This document shows positions 52,112 through 64,000 of a stretch of 64,000 nucleotides of DNA, piece after piece; position 1 is the first letter of the stretch; each line of letters begins with the position of its first letter. Position numbers and translations under genes: made by a program. The stretch lies in the NCBI GenBank assembly GCA_028023455.1, contig JAQFVV010000002.1, positions 26,846,001-26,910,000 on the forward strand, read 5' to 3'. Origin of the DNA: Epiperipatus broadwayi (Eukaryota; Animalia; Onychophora). Below the pieces are notes generated by a model. The model did no database searches. It was not told the DNA's origin and was given only the letters and a program-made list of their open reading frames with translations.

Positions 52112-54499
52112 TAATAAAAAGGATATTGTCACTGTGATAGGCCAGAAACACCTGAAGAAAAGTGGAGAATAATACTACATGAAATGTTGTGTAATTACTA
52201 ACCTGTGTTGTCTATTTGTGTGTTATTACTAACAAGTTTTTTACATTTGGAAAGTTTAAATAAAGTTTAAAATTTTTCTATACATTCAACATTCACTCAT
52301 AGATGATGGAAATAGTTCAACATATCACATCAAATAAAAAGAACTATGATAGTGTTGTACATGATATAAATGAGCATTTTTTTAAGTTAAATGATTAATA
52401 AATTTGTTGGCACTTGTCAACATTCATACTGAGAATGACAATACTAATTTTAAAGTAATATATATGATATATTATTAATATTTTTACATATAAATTCAAA
52501 TGAAAATCCTTACACCCTGTAAAAAGACAATATACTGACAGCAATTTTAGATATAGATGAACAAATAACGAATTACGATTAATCAATCATATCAATTTTT
52601 TTTCCCTCTCATTAAAGATTCATTCTATTAATGATAAGAAAAAAAAGATATTTCAAATATTCATAAAACATTGCATATCATGTAAGCAAACGTGTCTGAA
52701 GAAAAATATAGCTTTAAATACAGTTAAAGTTAATAGTGAAAAAGTTGTGAAATATTAAACAAAATAAATTGAATGTTCATATCTCTAATTCTAGCATTTA
52801 AGCTTTAGTTGTAACTTCATTGATTTGCTTGCAATTTTGAATTCACCAGATTGTTATAATAAGTGTGAACACATGATGGATTGTTTCTTGGGATTCAGTT
52901 CTTTACAGTTTTGTTTTCTTATGAGCATTTTCCTTTCTTTAATGAATTTCTTGTTATTCTTGCTTCTAGATTATTTCTCTTTTGAAGAGTAAGAGTTTTA
53001 TCTATTAATTGTCATCATTTCACATGGAGAATTTCAGTCCGCCATGTCGTAAGAGTTAAATGGCATGTTCAAACATCTGGAAACAAATTTTTGTAGGCCA
53101 AGCAGTTATTTCTTATCAGGATTTGTTATAATTGATGCATTTGGAATTATTCAGTCACATCTTCCAGTGTTTAATGATATGTAGTGGGTATTTTCTATAC
53201 TGCTATTAGTAAATCAACTTCAGCTTTTGCATGAATTTAAGTTTTTTTAGTTTATTGCACTATTAGCTAAATGTAGATTGGAATTTTACTCGACACTAAA
53301 TCTATTTATGGGCTCAATCAGTGTGAATCTAGTAGCTAATCACTGAAACATTAATTATATTTAATATTTGAATCAAGAGTTTTATATATTCATAACAAAT
53401 AGTATTTATATAAATAAATCAGTTATAAAGTACTTTTTAATGTTAACCATATTCCAGTTATTATGGATAAATTCTTCAAGATGATGATCTTCAACATTAT
53501 GTGCGGAGAGTTTTCTACTAGTGCACTGTTCACCACACTCAAAAGTGACTAGACACCACTCCATATTTTTACTTCTATTTTTATGCTTGATAATTTTTAA
53601 AATATTGTAGTAATATAATAAACTGTTCCTATTATTTTGGATAATTTTTATATACAGTATATGTATATAAATTCTAACAATTTTAATAACTCTATAAATA
53701 ATTATTGGCTATTAAATATGTAATTCTGAGAATACTTAACAATATGTAAATAAATAAACTCTCAATGCACTTACCATAATTATAATTCACAAGTCAGAAT
53801 TGACTAGATTCATTTTAAAATAAATGAAAGCACTGAAAAACCCCAATGAGCAGCTCACTCTACATTTTAGGTTTACTGGCAGTTAGTTTACATATAGATC
53901 GCATGGTGTTCTCAGTACTTTTGCATTATTTAATCTATATTCGAGCTGGTAAACAATTATATTTAGATTCATTTTAACAAACTTGGCAAAGTACAGTACA
54001 TCATTCTCATTCTGATAAACCAGCATTGATATGATTCTAATAAATCTGATCCAAGAATTATTATTATAATATGCACATTTGGAGTTCTCTTTTCCACAAA
54101 TATTATATATGTATAAATACATATTATGCTTAGTAGATATTCACAAACTATAGATGTAAATATTAAAATTATGGGAATTTTATATATTTATCTAGAATTA
54201 TTTCAACTATGGTTAACAACCAATTCATAACTGGTACTGCAGATTGAAACATCATCTAGAAATATATATATATATATATGTTTTATTCAATTCACCTTAA
54301 GCCATTCAATTCACCTTAAGCCAAAAATGGACCTGCTTTTAGTTTAATAGCCTAGATTACATAAGAGTTATAAGTCAAACATAAATACTTTATATGTATG
54401 AAAAAAGGAATAATGTCAACTTCTTACATATTTTCACAAATAAATAAACCCCTCTTAATAGATTTTCATAATCATTATAGGTATAAACATAGAAATCAC

Positions 54500-55050
54500 A
54501 ATGGAAATTTCCATATATTTATGAATATTTCAGCTGTGATATAACCAGACAAACAATGAATCCAAACTGGAATTGCAGGTTGAAATCATATTATCTAGAA
54601 ATACTACTTATTATCTGACTTATCTTAAAGCAAAGAAGACCTGCTTTTATCCAATCTGGATTATATGTTATATCTAAGAGATTGTAATTCTTGAAGTTTT
54701 TATATATTAAACAGTTTATTTCTGGCATATAACTTTAATATAATCTAAAGATATTTGCATTTATAAAGTCTATGAAAATTTGCTAATTATATATATTTAT
54801 TTACAGTAAAGGCTTATTAATTGTGAAAGAATCTAAAACATTGAGCTTCTTCCAGTTTTCACACATAAAATATTTATGTGTTACAACTTTTGTATAATTA
54901 AGTGTATATTATTAGTTTAAAGATGGATAAGACAAGAATATTGTTACTAAATAATTGAATTGCAGTGTGCAATACCAGATTTCAATTGACTGTTTTTCTG
55001 GTTACATCACAGCTGAAATATATTTAAATAAATGTCTGTAAATTCCTATT
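54500..55050. repeat. Degenerate inverted repeat
   Basis: TATTTCAGCTGTGATATAACCAGA is mirrored by TCTGGTTACATCACAGCTGAAATA. Confidence 0.55.
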
Positions 55051-55348
55051 AAAATTTCAATATTTACATCTGTAAAAACTGTGAAATTCTGCTAATTATT
55101 ACATATAATCTTTCATAGAAGAGGCTTGTTCACTTGTGAAGGTTTTTAATTTGATACTCTTTCGGTTTTCACACATTTAAAGCATTTTTGTGTGACTTAT
55201 AAATCTTATCTAATCTAGAGTATTTTCTTTATGAAGTATATTATCAACTCATCTTTCTTTATGCATTGATAAATTTATAAAACACTCAAACAAATCCATC
55301 TTTCCATTTACTTTTTCAATGCTTATTTTATTAAATTAAAATTAATCC

Positions 55349-55388
55349 ACCTGACAGTTTCGATTGCCCAGCAATCTTCCTCAGAGTT
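55349..55388 (-). ncRNA. Family B hammerhead-like motif, best-preserved copy
   Basis: AACU CUGAGGA a GAUUG-CUGGG-CAAUC GAAA C-U-GUC AGGU; core complete, stem I short. Confidence 0.55.
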
Positions 55389-58300
55389 ACAATATATATA
55401 TATATATGAATACACGGATACTTAATCATATAAACATTCACTATATCTATTTGTAAATGACTCATTTTTTTACATATATGTTATTATCTATATCTATATA
55501 TACATATATATGCATTCATACCAAATATATATATATATATATATTGTACCCTCACTTCTCGATATATGATATAATTTAAAATATGACTAGCTCAATCAAA
55601 TCATTATGCTCGGCTAAAATATGTACAACTATCTTTAATATATTTTTATAATATTATAACTTATCAGATTTATTACAAACTTATCAAAAATTAATATAGT
55701 TCAATATTATATACTAATTAAATAAATATTTACTAAAATCATGAGACTGTGAAGTGAAGTTACAATTGGTAATCAGATTTACATTGAGTCAATGTCTCTC
55801 CAAGACACTATCTCAATGGCATAAGAATACTATTACCTCTTTATTATCTTATTACTAACTCTACAGCACTCTTATGACTTTTATAAATGAATTATCTTTA
55901 ATAATAATAAATAAATAGATCTCAATTTTTTTTTGTTAAGGAAATATAATTAAAATGATCTCAGGTTCTTCTAATTATCTTAAAGTAATAATAATTCATG
56001 TAGATAGGAATGATAAGGGATTTAATATCAAACCTAAATACACCTAACTTATTCTAATAATAATCACTAACAATAATAATCTTTAGGGTATATCTTAATC
56101 TTATCTATTGGGTTATATTATCAATCATTAAGAAAATAAACAAATCATATGCATGTCTTTCATTTCCATATAGTATCTTAATTTTAAAATATACTAAAAT
56201 CTTATAATTTAACAATCTGTGGCAATAAATAATCTTATACTCTTATATTGTGCATTATAATTATTTTATGACCATTGTAATATCATATGTTAATGTCAAT
56301 CAATTTCTATAAATTATATTAAGAAAATATTGTGTTTCTTTCTCAAATAATAAAATAATAAATTCATATTGTGCAAATATTATGTTTATTCAAATTATCT
56401 GTTGTCAAATGCTGTGGTGTAAAATAATGAATTCAACACATCTTTTAAAAACAACTTAACAAATTTATTTACATTAACTTTAACAAATAATTTATTTACA
56501 CTATTTACATTTAAATGGAACTAAAGAAAATAAAAAAAAATAAGAAAAATAATAATACAAGATTTTTACACTGTTATTATTTCCATAACTATAAGTAGAT
56601 AATTTATACATTTCAGAGAATGTTTTATTAATAAAATTCAATTAAGTTTATGACTTTAATTTACATAAACATTACTTGTTATCAATTAATATAAGAAAAG
56701 TTTTTATGTAAGATATCATTCATGTAGCATGTATGTAAATAAACAAACTTTAATAATTTAAATGCTATTTCACTTAAGTCCTACTATTATTTATATTATA
56801 ATGTATAAGGTTGTGTTACATTTATTATCAGTATGACTCAAATATTAATTAATGTATCAACTGATATAACTTTGTAGTATAACAACAATTATTGACTATC
56901 ACTGTTTATTTCATTCCGATATAATGTCATACTACATGTCTTATTAGAATATGCAATACGTATATGTACTTTTAAAAAAAATAATATTTAAAATTATTCA
57001 ATAATTTCAACTTTTATAAAGTATTATGTTAAATAAAATTCTATGATTCTTTTCCATTTTAAATCATTACTTTTCTTTACTTATTATTCCTATTCCTTTA
57101 TAAAACTACTACCTACAAAAGTCATTTTAACCCTATTTAATTTCAGTAAAACAAATGACCAATTTTAAAAACAAAAAAATAATAACGATCCAAACTCTCC
57201 TATACCTCATCATCTATTTACAATAAGCCTTCAATCAAAAATATAAATTTCTATGTAAAATTAACGTAACTCATCTAATAAAAATAAAATTAAAATATAG
57301 ACCTTATATACTTCTTACTAACTTTAAAAGAAAAAAATAAATAACTTACACTAATATAATAAATCTAATTTCTAATATTGGAATAGAAACATTGAAATTC
57401 ATTCACGAAAGAATCATATAATTATTTCTAGGTTCTCATATTACGTTGTACTAAATTTACATCATCAATTTAAAATATGCATATTAAAATAAAACTGCTA
57501 TTATTACTGTTATGCGTGTATATTATTTAAACATTAATACATTCATTCAATAATCATATAACATTTGGTTGATCTAAAGAAAACATAGTAAATACATCAA
57601 ATTATTATTATTATTACACAATTTTTACCATAAATAACACTTCAATGTACAGTCCATCACGATGTCCTCCAGGATTCCAGTTTTACAAAATAATTTCACA
57701 TTTACACTCAACAATTATTCTTTAAAATATTACGTGTTGTATAATTATAAAATAAACTTTATGCAATAAAAAGTTATATTAGTATTTAGTTATTATTTTT
57801 TTAAAAAAAATATGTAAATGTACCTTTCCTATCTTTAATAAATTAATAATTACTGAAATATTTATGTTAGTTAATAAATAAAAATATTACATAACATCCA
57901 ACGGTGGCTTCATCCAGTTGTCATTGTTCTTTTTCCTAGGCACAAATTTTCACTAAACATTACTTCCTTTTCCGGTACATCACGTGTTCTTTAAAAGTTT
58001 TTATGACAAAAATGAAAACGTTTTTTTTAAAATAAAATAAAAATAAAAGTCAGAGTTAGTTCCACCATAAAATAAAATAAAATTAAAATAGTTTATAGGA
58101 TCCATATTCATCTCTTCTTAAGGAAAAAATATTATTTAAAAGTTATTATCTTTTAGCATTAGTTTATAATTTATAAGTTCTTGTTTAATTATTTTCTAAC
58201 TTTACTTGGATATCCACATGTAGATTTGATTTGCGCATTCCATAACAGATATTCAGGTAAGATTACTTTTAAAGTCTTTTATACGACCAGCGTTTAGACT

Positions 58301-61300
58301 CTAATAATATTATAATTTGACTTATAAGTATTTCTTTACTTATTACATCTCCAATTTATTTGCCTTTTAAAATTGTCAGAATTTAGTCTTTTATACCATA
58401 AAGACTTAACAAGGCAAATATTTATACAATTACTGTTATATATTATATCTTTACCAAGATATATATTTAAATTTAGAATTTACAAATACTTGCTTCATAA
58501 AGAAGTATTTCTCATTTTTTCAAACTTCTATTTTAAAAAAATTAACTATCATTAGCTTTTAAATTTATACAAAGTCCAACGTATTACTGTTAAGCATCTA
58601 ATAACTCTGCTAGTCAATCCAGCGTTTGTTAAATTTTCAGTATAAAGTCTCCAATACATTTTATCCTTATACGATGTCCTCATGATTATTTGATAGTAAA
58701 TTGAGCTTTAATAAGGAAACGATCAATAGGGAAATATAACAAATTAACACTGCATATTCATCGGTAACTTTTATAAATTATTTTTAAAAAACTACTCTCT
58801 TATAATTTTAAAAAACGATTTTAAGAGCGTCTATAATCACTTAGCTATTTTTAATAGCATACTATACTTTAAGAATTTCAATCACAAGTCACCTCCTAAC
58901 AATTGAACCTTGGTTTTATACCGGAAGAAAACTCCCACTTGATTGGTGAATTAAACAATTGACTTGCTAGCTTATTTACATATTTCACCAACAAGACAGA
59001 ATTAAAAATAAATAATGACTTATTTAATATTTATTATTTATCACATTATTAAATTCTTAAATTAATATTCATCGTTTATTTAAATCCATTAAACATTTTT
59101 TAAAATATACTTTCTTACTTAATTTCATTTTTAACTTTTATAAAATTATTTTTATAAACAAACTAAGTCTATTTTTATTCGTTATGTTTTTAAGCAGTAT
59201 TTTAAAATCAGATTTAATATTTCACATTAATTATCTTTATTTTTATTTCATGATAGCCAAAATAATATTTATAAATTTTATAATAGAATTTTTAGAATAG
59301 CTTTGCAACTTTACTAAAATACTCCCAAGCATGTGTGTACGTATTTTAATTAACATCTGTTTTTTTACAACAGAGCTACAGACGCTTGTAATAATCTAAA
59401 AATAAACTAACAATTCATTTTTTAAAAATAAATATTTTTAAAAATAAATAATATCTTATAACAACTTTAAAATAATAATTCGATATTATTAAAATCCAAC
59501 ATTAATCTTCTATTATGTAATACTAATGATTAAAATATTTATATTCATTTATTAAATATTAATTTTTATCAACAATAAATATATGCATTTAATTTTAACT
59601 TGTCTTTTAAAACTTTAACTTTAAACAGTTATTTATTAAATTTATTAATGCAGTATTGCTTATGGCCAGTTTTCCCAACCATATACTATTATCATTCCCA
59701 TTGAAATGTCTCTCTTAAACATCAGCACAATTTTCACATATCAAATACTCATGAATTACTTTAATTACATTTTTTAAAAAGATTGTTATAAACAAAATTA
59801 AAATCATATAGCTAAATATATCTTAAATTTAAAATTTTTTAAATAGATTGATACTACAATTTATGGAGACCCATACAAAAGGGCACAATATATATATATA
59901 TATTGTAACAGTATGGGCTCTCGGGGTAAACCTGGAGTGATGGCACTCATCATTACCACCCCCAAATCAGTACAAAATTTAAATATAAAATTTATGAGCA
60001 TGAGGAACTTGAGAGATTAACACAGAACTAACTATAAGTTTGATAGCATTTCAAAAAAGCAATAATCATTTATTTAGCCTTTGCCAGCTTGGGACAGATT
60101 ATTTAAACAATAATTTGGATGTGCAAACTTAAGTGCTAATCCATAAGAATATAACAAAAAATAATGCTGGGATACTAAAACATGCTGCTCATTGTCAATG
60201 ATCTGACCATTTAGTACCAAATGTACTAGGCAACTATAAACTTAATTTCTAAATAAATAATTAAAATGAAGTGTGGTGCATAGACTTTAAAGAATATCCC
60301 CTTTGCATCAACCAGGATCATCATCATCTGGGTGTCCATAAACACTACATATAACTCTTTTATATAACAGACCATTATGCATGGATCTAGGGATATAATC
60401 ATAACATATAATGTTTTAAATCTATTCTAGGATTAATTAAATTTACTGGAATAACCTTAATAATGAAATATTAATTTATTAATTAGAACCAATAAAATGA
60501 AATTAAGGCCTGCTTAGTATGTCATAAATATAAATTCAACATTGTGATTTTGATTAAAACAATAAGCTATCACATTGTGATTTACAAATACATCATAATA
60601 GGTTCACCTAAAACACATATAAGCACACAGACACGCCATATAATAATTTAGGAACATATTTGAATCATAAATCTATAAATGAAATTCATTTTATAATACA
60701 TGATTAATGACTGATGCAACATATATGTGTGTACATGGAAATGTGTGCACACATTGGCATTTATAAAAAAAATAAACCATATTATATTTTTTTCAATTAA
60801 TACCTTGTTGAAAATGTACATAAAATTCACATGTACATAAGCACTCAGGTGTCCTGTATAATAATTTAAAAATTAACATGTTCATATTATCATAGACTTA
60901 AACAAAAATTCACTTCATTTTCAATAATATGTAAATGCACATGTATATGTGCATATAGAAAAATATATAGATAGTATGAATCAAAGTTATTAATTCATTA
61001 TTTCTAATGGTAAAAAAAGTTTTTCTTTAACAAAAATGAAATCATGAGATTCAGTTTGGAAAGTTCTTTTCTCTTGATAATTATAGAAGTTTTTTTTTAA
61101 AAATATTACACCAAGTTCTTTTGTTTTTCAATCTAGAAGAATTTTTTTTGAGTTTTGCTTTTGTAATAAAATATACTGGAAATGCATATTACTTTTTATT
61201 GAATAAAGTTATTTATGTTAAAAAATTTTAAAATTTAAAAATTATAACTATCATTTTCAAGAAATTATTTAAAGTAATATTGTTCTCAAATATATAATGT

Positions 61301-62866
61301 ACTGTACTCACAAGCTATTCTTTATACATATATAACACAGTACATTTATCTGTCCTCTGCATTTGATAAAATTGTGTATAGTATGGTAAACTCTTGATAA
61401 GTGGGCCCTTCTAAAACTATAGACTGGCTTTTCATCTTCAGGAAAGGTATAATCTGGTAACTGTTGGCCTGCAGTGAGCTCCCTTCAATCTCTATGCTGT
61501 CTCATACACATATATGGGCTATGAACCACATAAAAGCTAGGTCTTGTTTCCATGTGAATCTAAACTCTACCATTGTGAACTAGTAGCAGCAGCTAGACTT
61601 GTACTGTCTTTCCTTCAGTTATATCTTCATAGTAATTCTACTATTGTAAAACTTTTAAAACTTTTCCTAATCTTTTTTACAACCTTTTTATAGTCAGGAT
61701 GGACTTTTTTTCAAAAAGTGCAATAATTAAAAGTAAGTTTTTTTTATCTCGATTGAAAAAAGTTAATGATTCTTTTCAATTCTACTTAATCCTTTCAAAA
61801 ATAACTTTGTATAATTTTTATCAAAATATGTTATATAAGCATAATTTAAAAATATGTGCTAATCAAAATAGATAGTGGAATTTCAATATATCTATTGTAA
61901 CATAAAATCATGCTTGTTTTAATTTCAAGATCAGAATTAATAAAATATTAATCAGACCTTTTTAAATGTTTAATTTATAATAATTTTTTTTTAAATTCAA
62001 ACTTATTTAATCCTTAACTTATTCCAGTGTAATATAGAAAATATCTACAAAAAATTGTGTTTATTTTTTCTTTTCCTTTCAATTTTATGCACATATACAT
62101 ACACATACACTACTATATGTCATGAGACACATAACTGTCTTAATATCAATATATATATATATATGTTTCTCATTTATGCTACACTTACATTTGATGTGTA
62201 TATATGGTATGTATGCATTTATACATAATATAGATATAAGTAATAAGATATATGTAAAAAATGGGTTATTTACAAGTAGATATTATGTAGTACATTTATA
62301 TGACTAAGTATTTGTATATTTTTGTGTTTATATATGTTTTGTATCTATGAGGAAGATTGCTGGCAAATTGAAACTATCAAATAAATTAATTTTAATATAA
62401 TTTAATAAAATAAGCATTGAAAAAGTAAAAAGAAAGATGGATTTGCTTGATTTTTTCTAATCTAGAATATAAGACTAAAAAGCAGATCCATTTTAAATTA
62501 GCTTAAGATGAGTCAAACAAAAAATATTATTTCTAGAAAAGTCTGAAAAGAACAGTTTTGATTGGTTGTGTTCCTGATTATATCATAACTGAAATATTTC
62601 TAGAGAAATAAATGCAAATTATACAAGCATAAATGCACTATTATTACTGATTGCTCTTAAGATTATAATTAACTTTAATTATATTTAATTACTTATCACT
62701 GATTTATGATTTTAGGACAAGTGCCACTGACCTTCATGAAATTATTTATACTTTTATATAAGAACCATTGTTTTAAAAGTTTATTAATGATAAATTTATT
62801 ATTCATATAGATTAAACTTACCACTATTTATCTAATAAATTGATTTTATATACTTTTTATATACAG

Positions 62867-63189
62867 AGATGCTTCACCTTCTCCAGATGATTCTAGATCT
62901 TCTTCCAGGCATATATCGCTAGATAGAAGAAAAATAGATTTTGGTAGTAAATGGTCAACAGTGAAAGATTTAGAGAATCAGTTGTTACATTTGACCTCTA
63001 ATCCCAAATCTCCTAGTCCTACTTCAAAGAAAACCATAACCAAAATAGCTTCCAGGAGTGCTTTATTTTTTGAACCGCCTGATGTATTGGCTGTCAGACG
63101 GACTATTGCGGAAGATCCAGCATGGTGTCTGGAAACAGTACCCATGCTTTCAGATATTTGCATACAGAATATGGTCAACAATTTTACAG
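62867..63189 (+). CDS. TCTE1: Internal coding exon of TCTE1/DRC5 homologue (nexin-dynein regulatory complex)
   Basis: RRTIAEDPAWCLETVPMLSDICIQNMVNNF resembles human TCTE1 as I recall it (RRIIAEDPEWSLAIVPLLTELCIQHIIRNF). Frame is open from the TACAG acceptor (62866) to the GT donor (63190). Confidence 0.87.
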
Positions 63190-64000
63190 GTAGAAATCTT
63201 ATATATATATATTTATGTAATATTCTATAACATTAAATTGCAGCATCTACAGAAATTTATCATCTTTTAAGTAGTAATCTTTGTGGAGAAAATCAACCAA
63301 TCTCTGGTAGTTTTTTGGTTCTTTTATGTCATTACTAATATCTGCAGTCGGGAAAACTAGTTGATATCCCATCAATTGTAGAAACATTTAAAAGATCATA
63401 ATTTTCTGTAAAAAGTGCAATTTAAGTTAATATTATTCAATATTATTACATATTTATATTGGTGCATAATTAATTGTTTATATATATTGTAACGAGCTTC
63501 AAGAAGAGCCTACAAATGGAAATTGATATTCATTAAATTTGCCTAATATATTCAGCATTAAATATAATGATAATAGATAAGTAAATGAAATATGTAGAAT
63601 GCTTATCTAACGTTTAGGTAGTTAATATAATAGTACATGAATATAAAAATAGGCTCTCAAGGTTTAGATTAATATGAAGTGAAATATAAGAAAATAAATC
63701 CTTTAGATTATTAAAATATAGTTTAAATTACAAAGAGATTTTATTGAATTCTAACCATTTTTTTTTAAAAAAGGTAATAAATATTTAAACATATCTACAT
63801 TATTAAAATTATTTATTCTACAAGTATCTTATAATCTATAATGTTATTTAACTTCTCAGGAATTCTGTTATAGGATTTATTACTAGTTATAATACATTAA
63901 TATGTGAATAAATGATAAATAAATGAGTGTATTGACCTATTATGAGTGGTTACAAAAACTAATTAAATTAAATTAAAATAATTAGAGGGATTTGAACTCA

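Noticed and set aside
59895-60000. TGTAAC start suggestive of a solo LTR
   Set aside because: No matching CA end, TSD or second LTR found.
716-62307. Most remaining 60-110 aa ORFs in the track
   Set aside because: Low-complexity F/I/L/Y/K-rich translations expected by chance in very AT-rich DNA, or fragments of decayed TEs.

Overview
Very AT-rich, CpG-poor, intron-rich eukaryotic (probably invertebrate animal) DNA; no bacterial-type genes or CRISPR array. Host genes: RPAP1 on the minus strand (first coding exon 14494-14344, probable next exon 4548-4432) and an exon of a TCTE1/DRC5 homologue on the plus strand (62867-63189). A candidate divergent promoter with an RFX X-box-like site lies at about 24.3 kb. 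The rest is mostly transposon debris: RTE-type LINEs, a deleted mariner, a hAT MITE and Penelope-like element (PLE) GIY-YIG remnants. The main signal is a set of small non-coding retroelements carrying minimal type I hammerhead ribozyme (HHR) motifs. Family A is a 454-465 nt retrozyme-like unit found as a roughly 5-unit concatemer (25.3-27.6 kb) and in dispersed copies. Families B, C and D look like PLE termini. Many insertions share one architecture: an antisense arm joined head-to-head to a sense arm, flanked by a 13-14 bp direct repeat. This suggests both strands of a staggered target cut primed reverse transcription on ribozyme-processed, multimeric or circular RNA. All calls were made by eye; no folding, alignment or database search was run.
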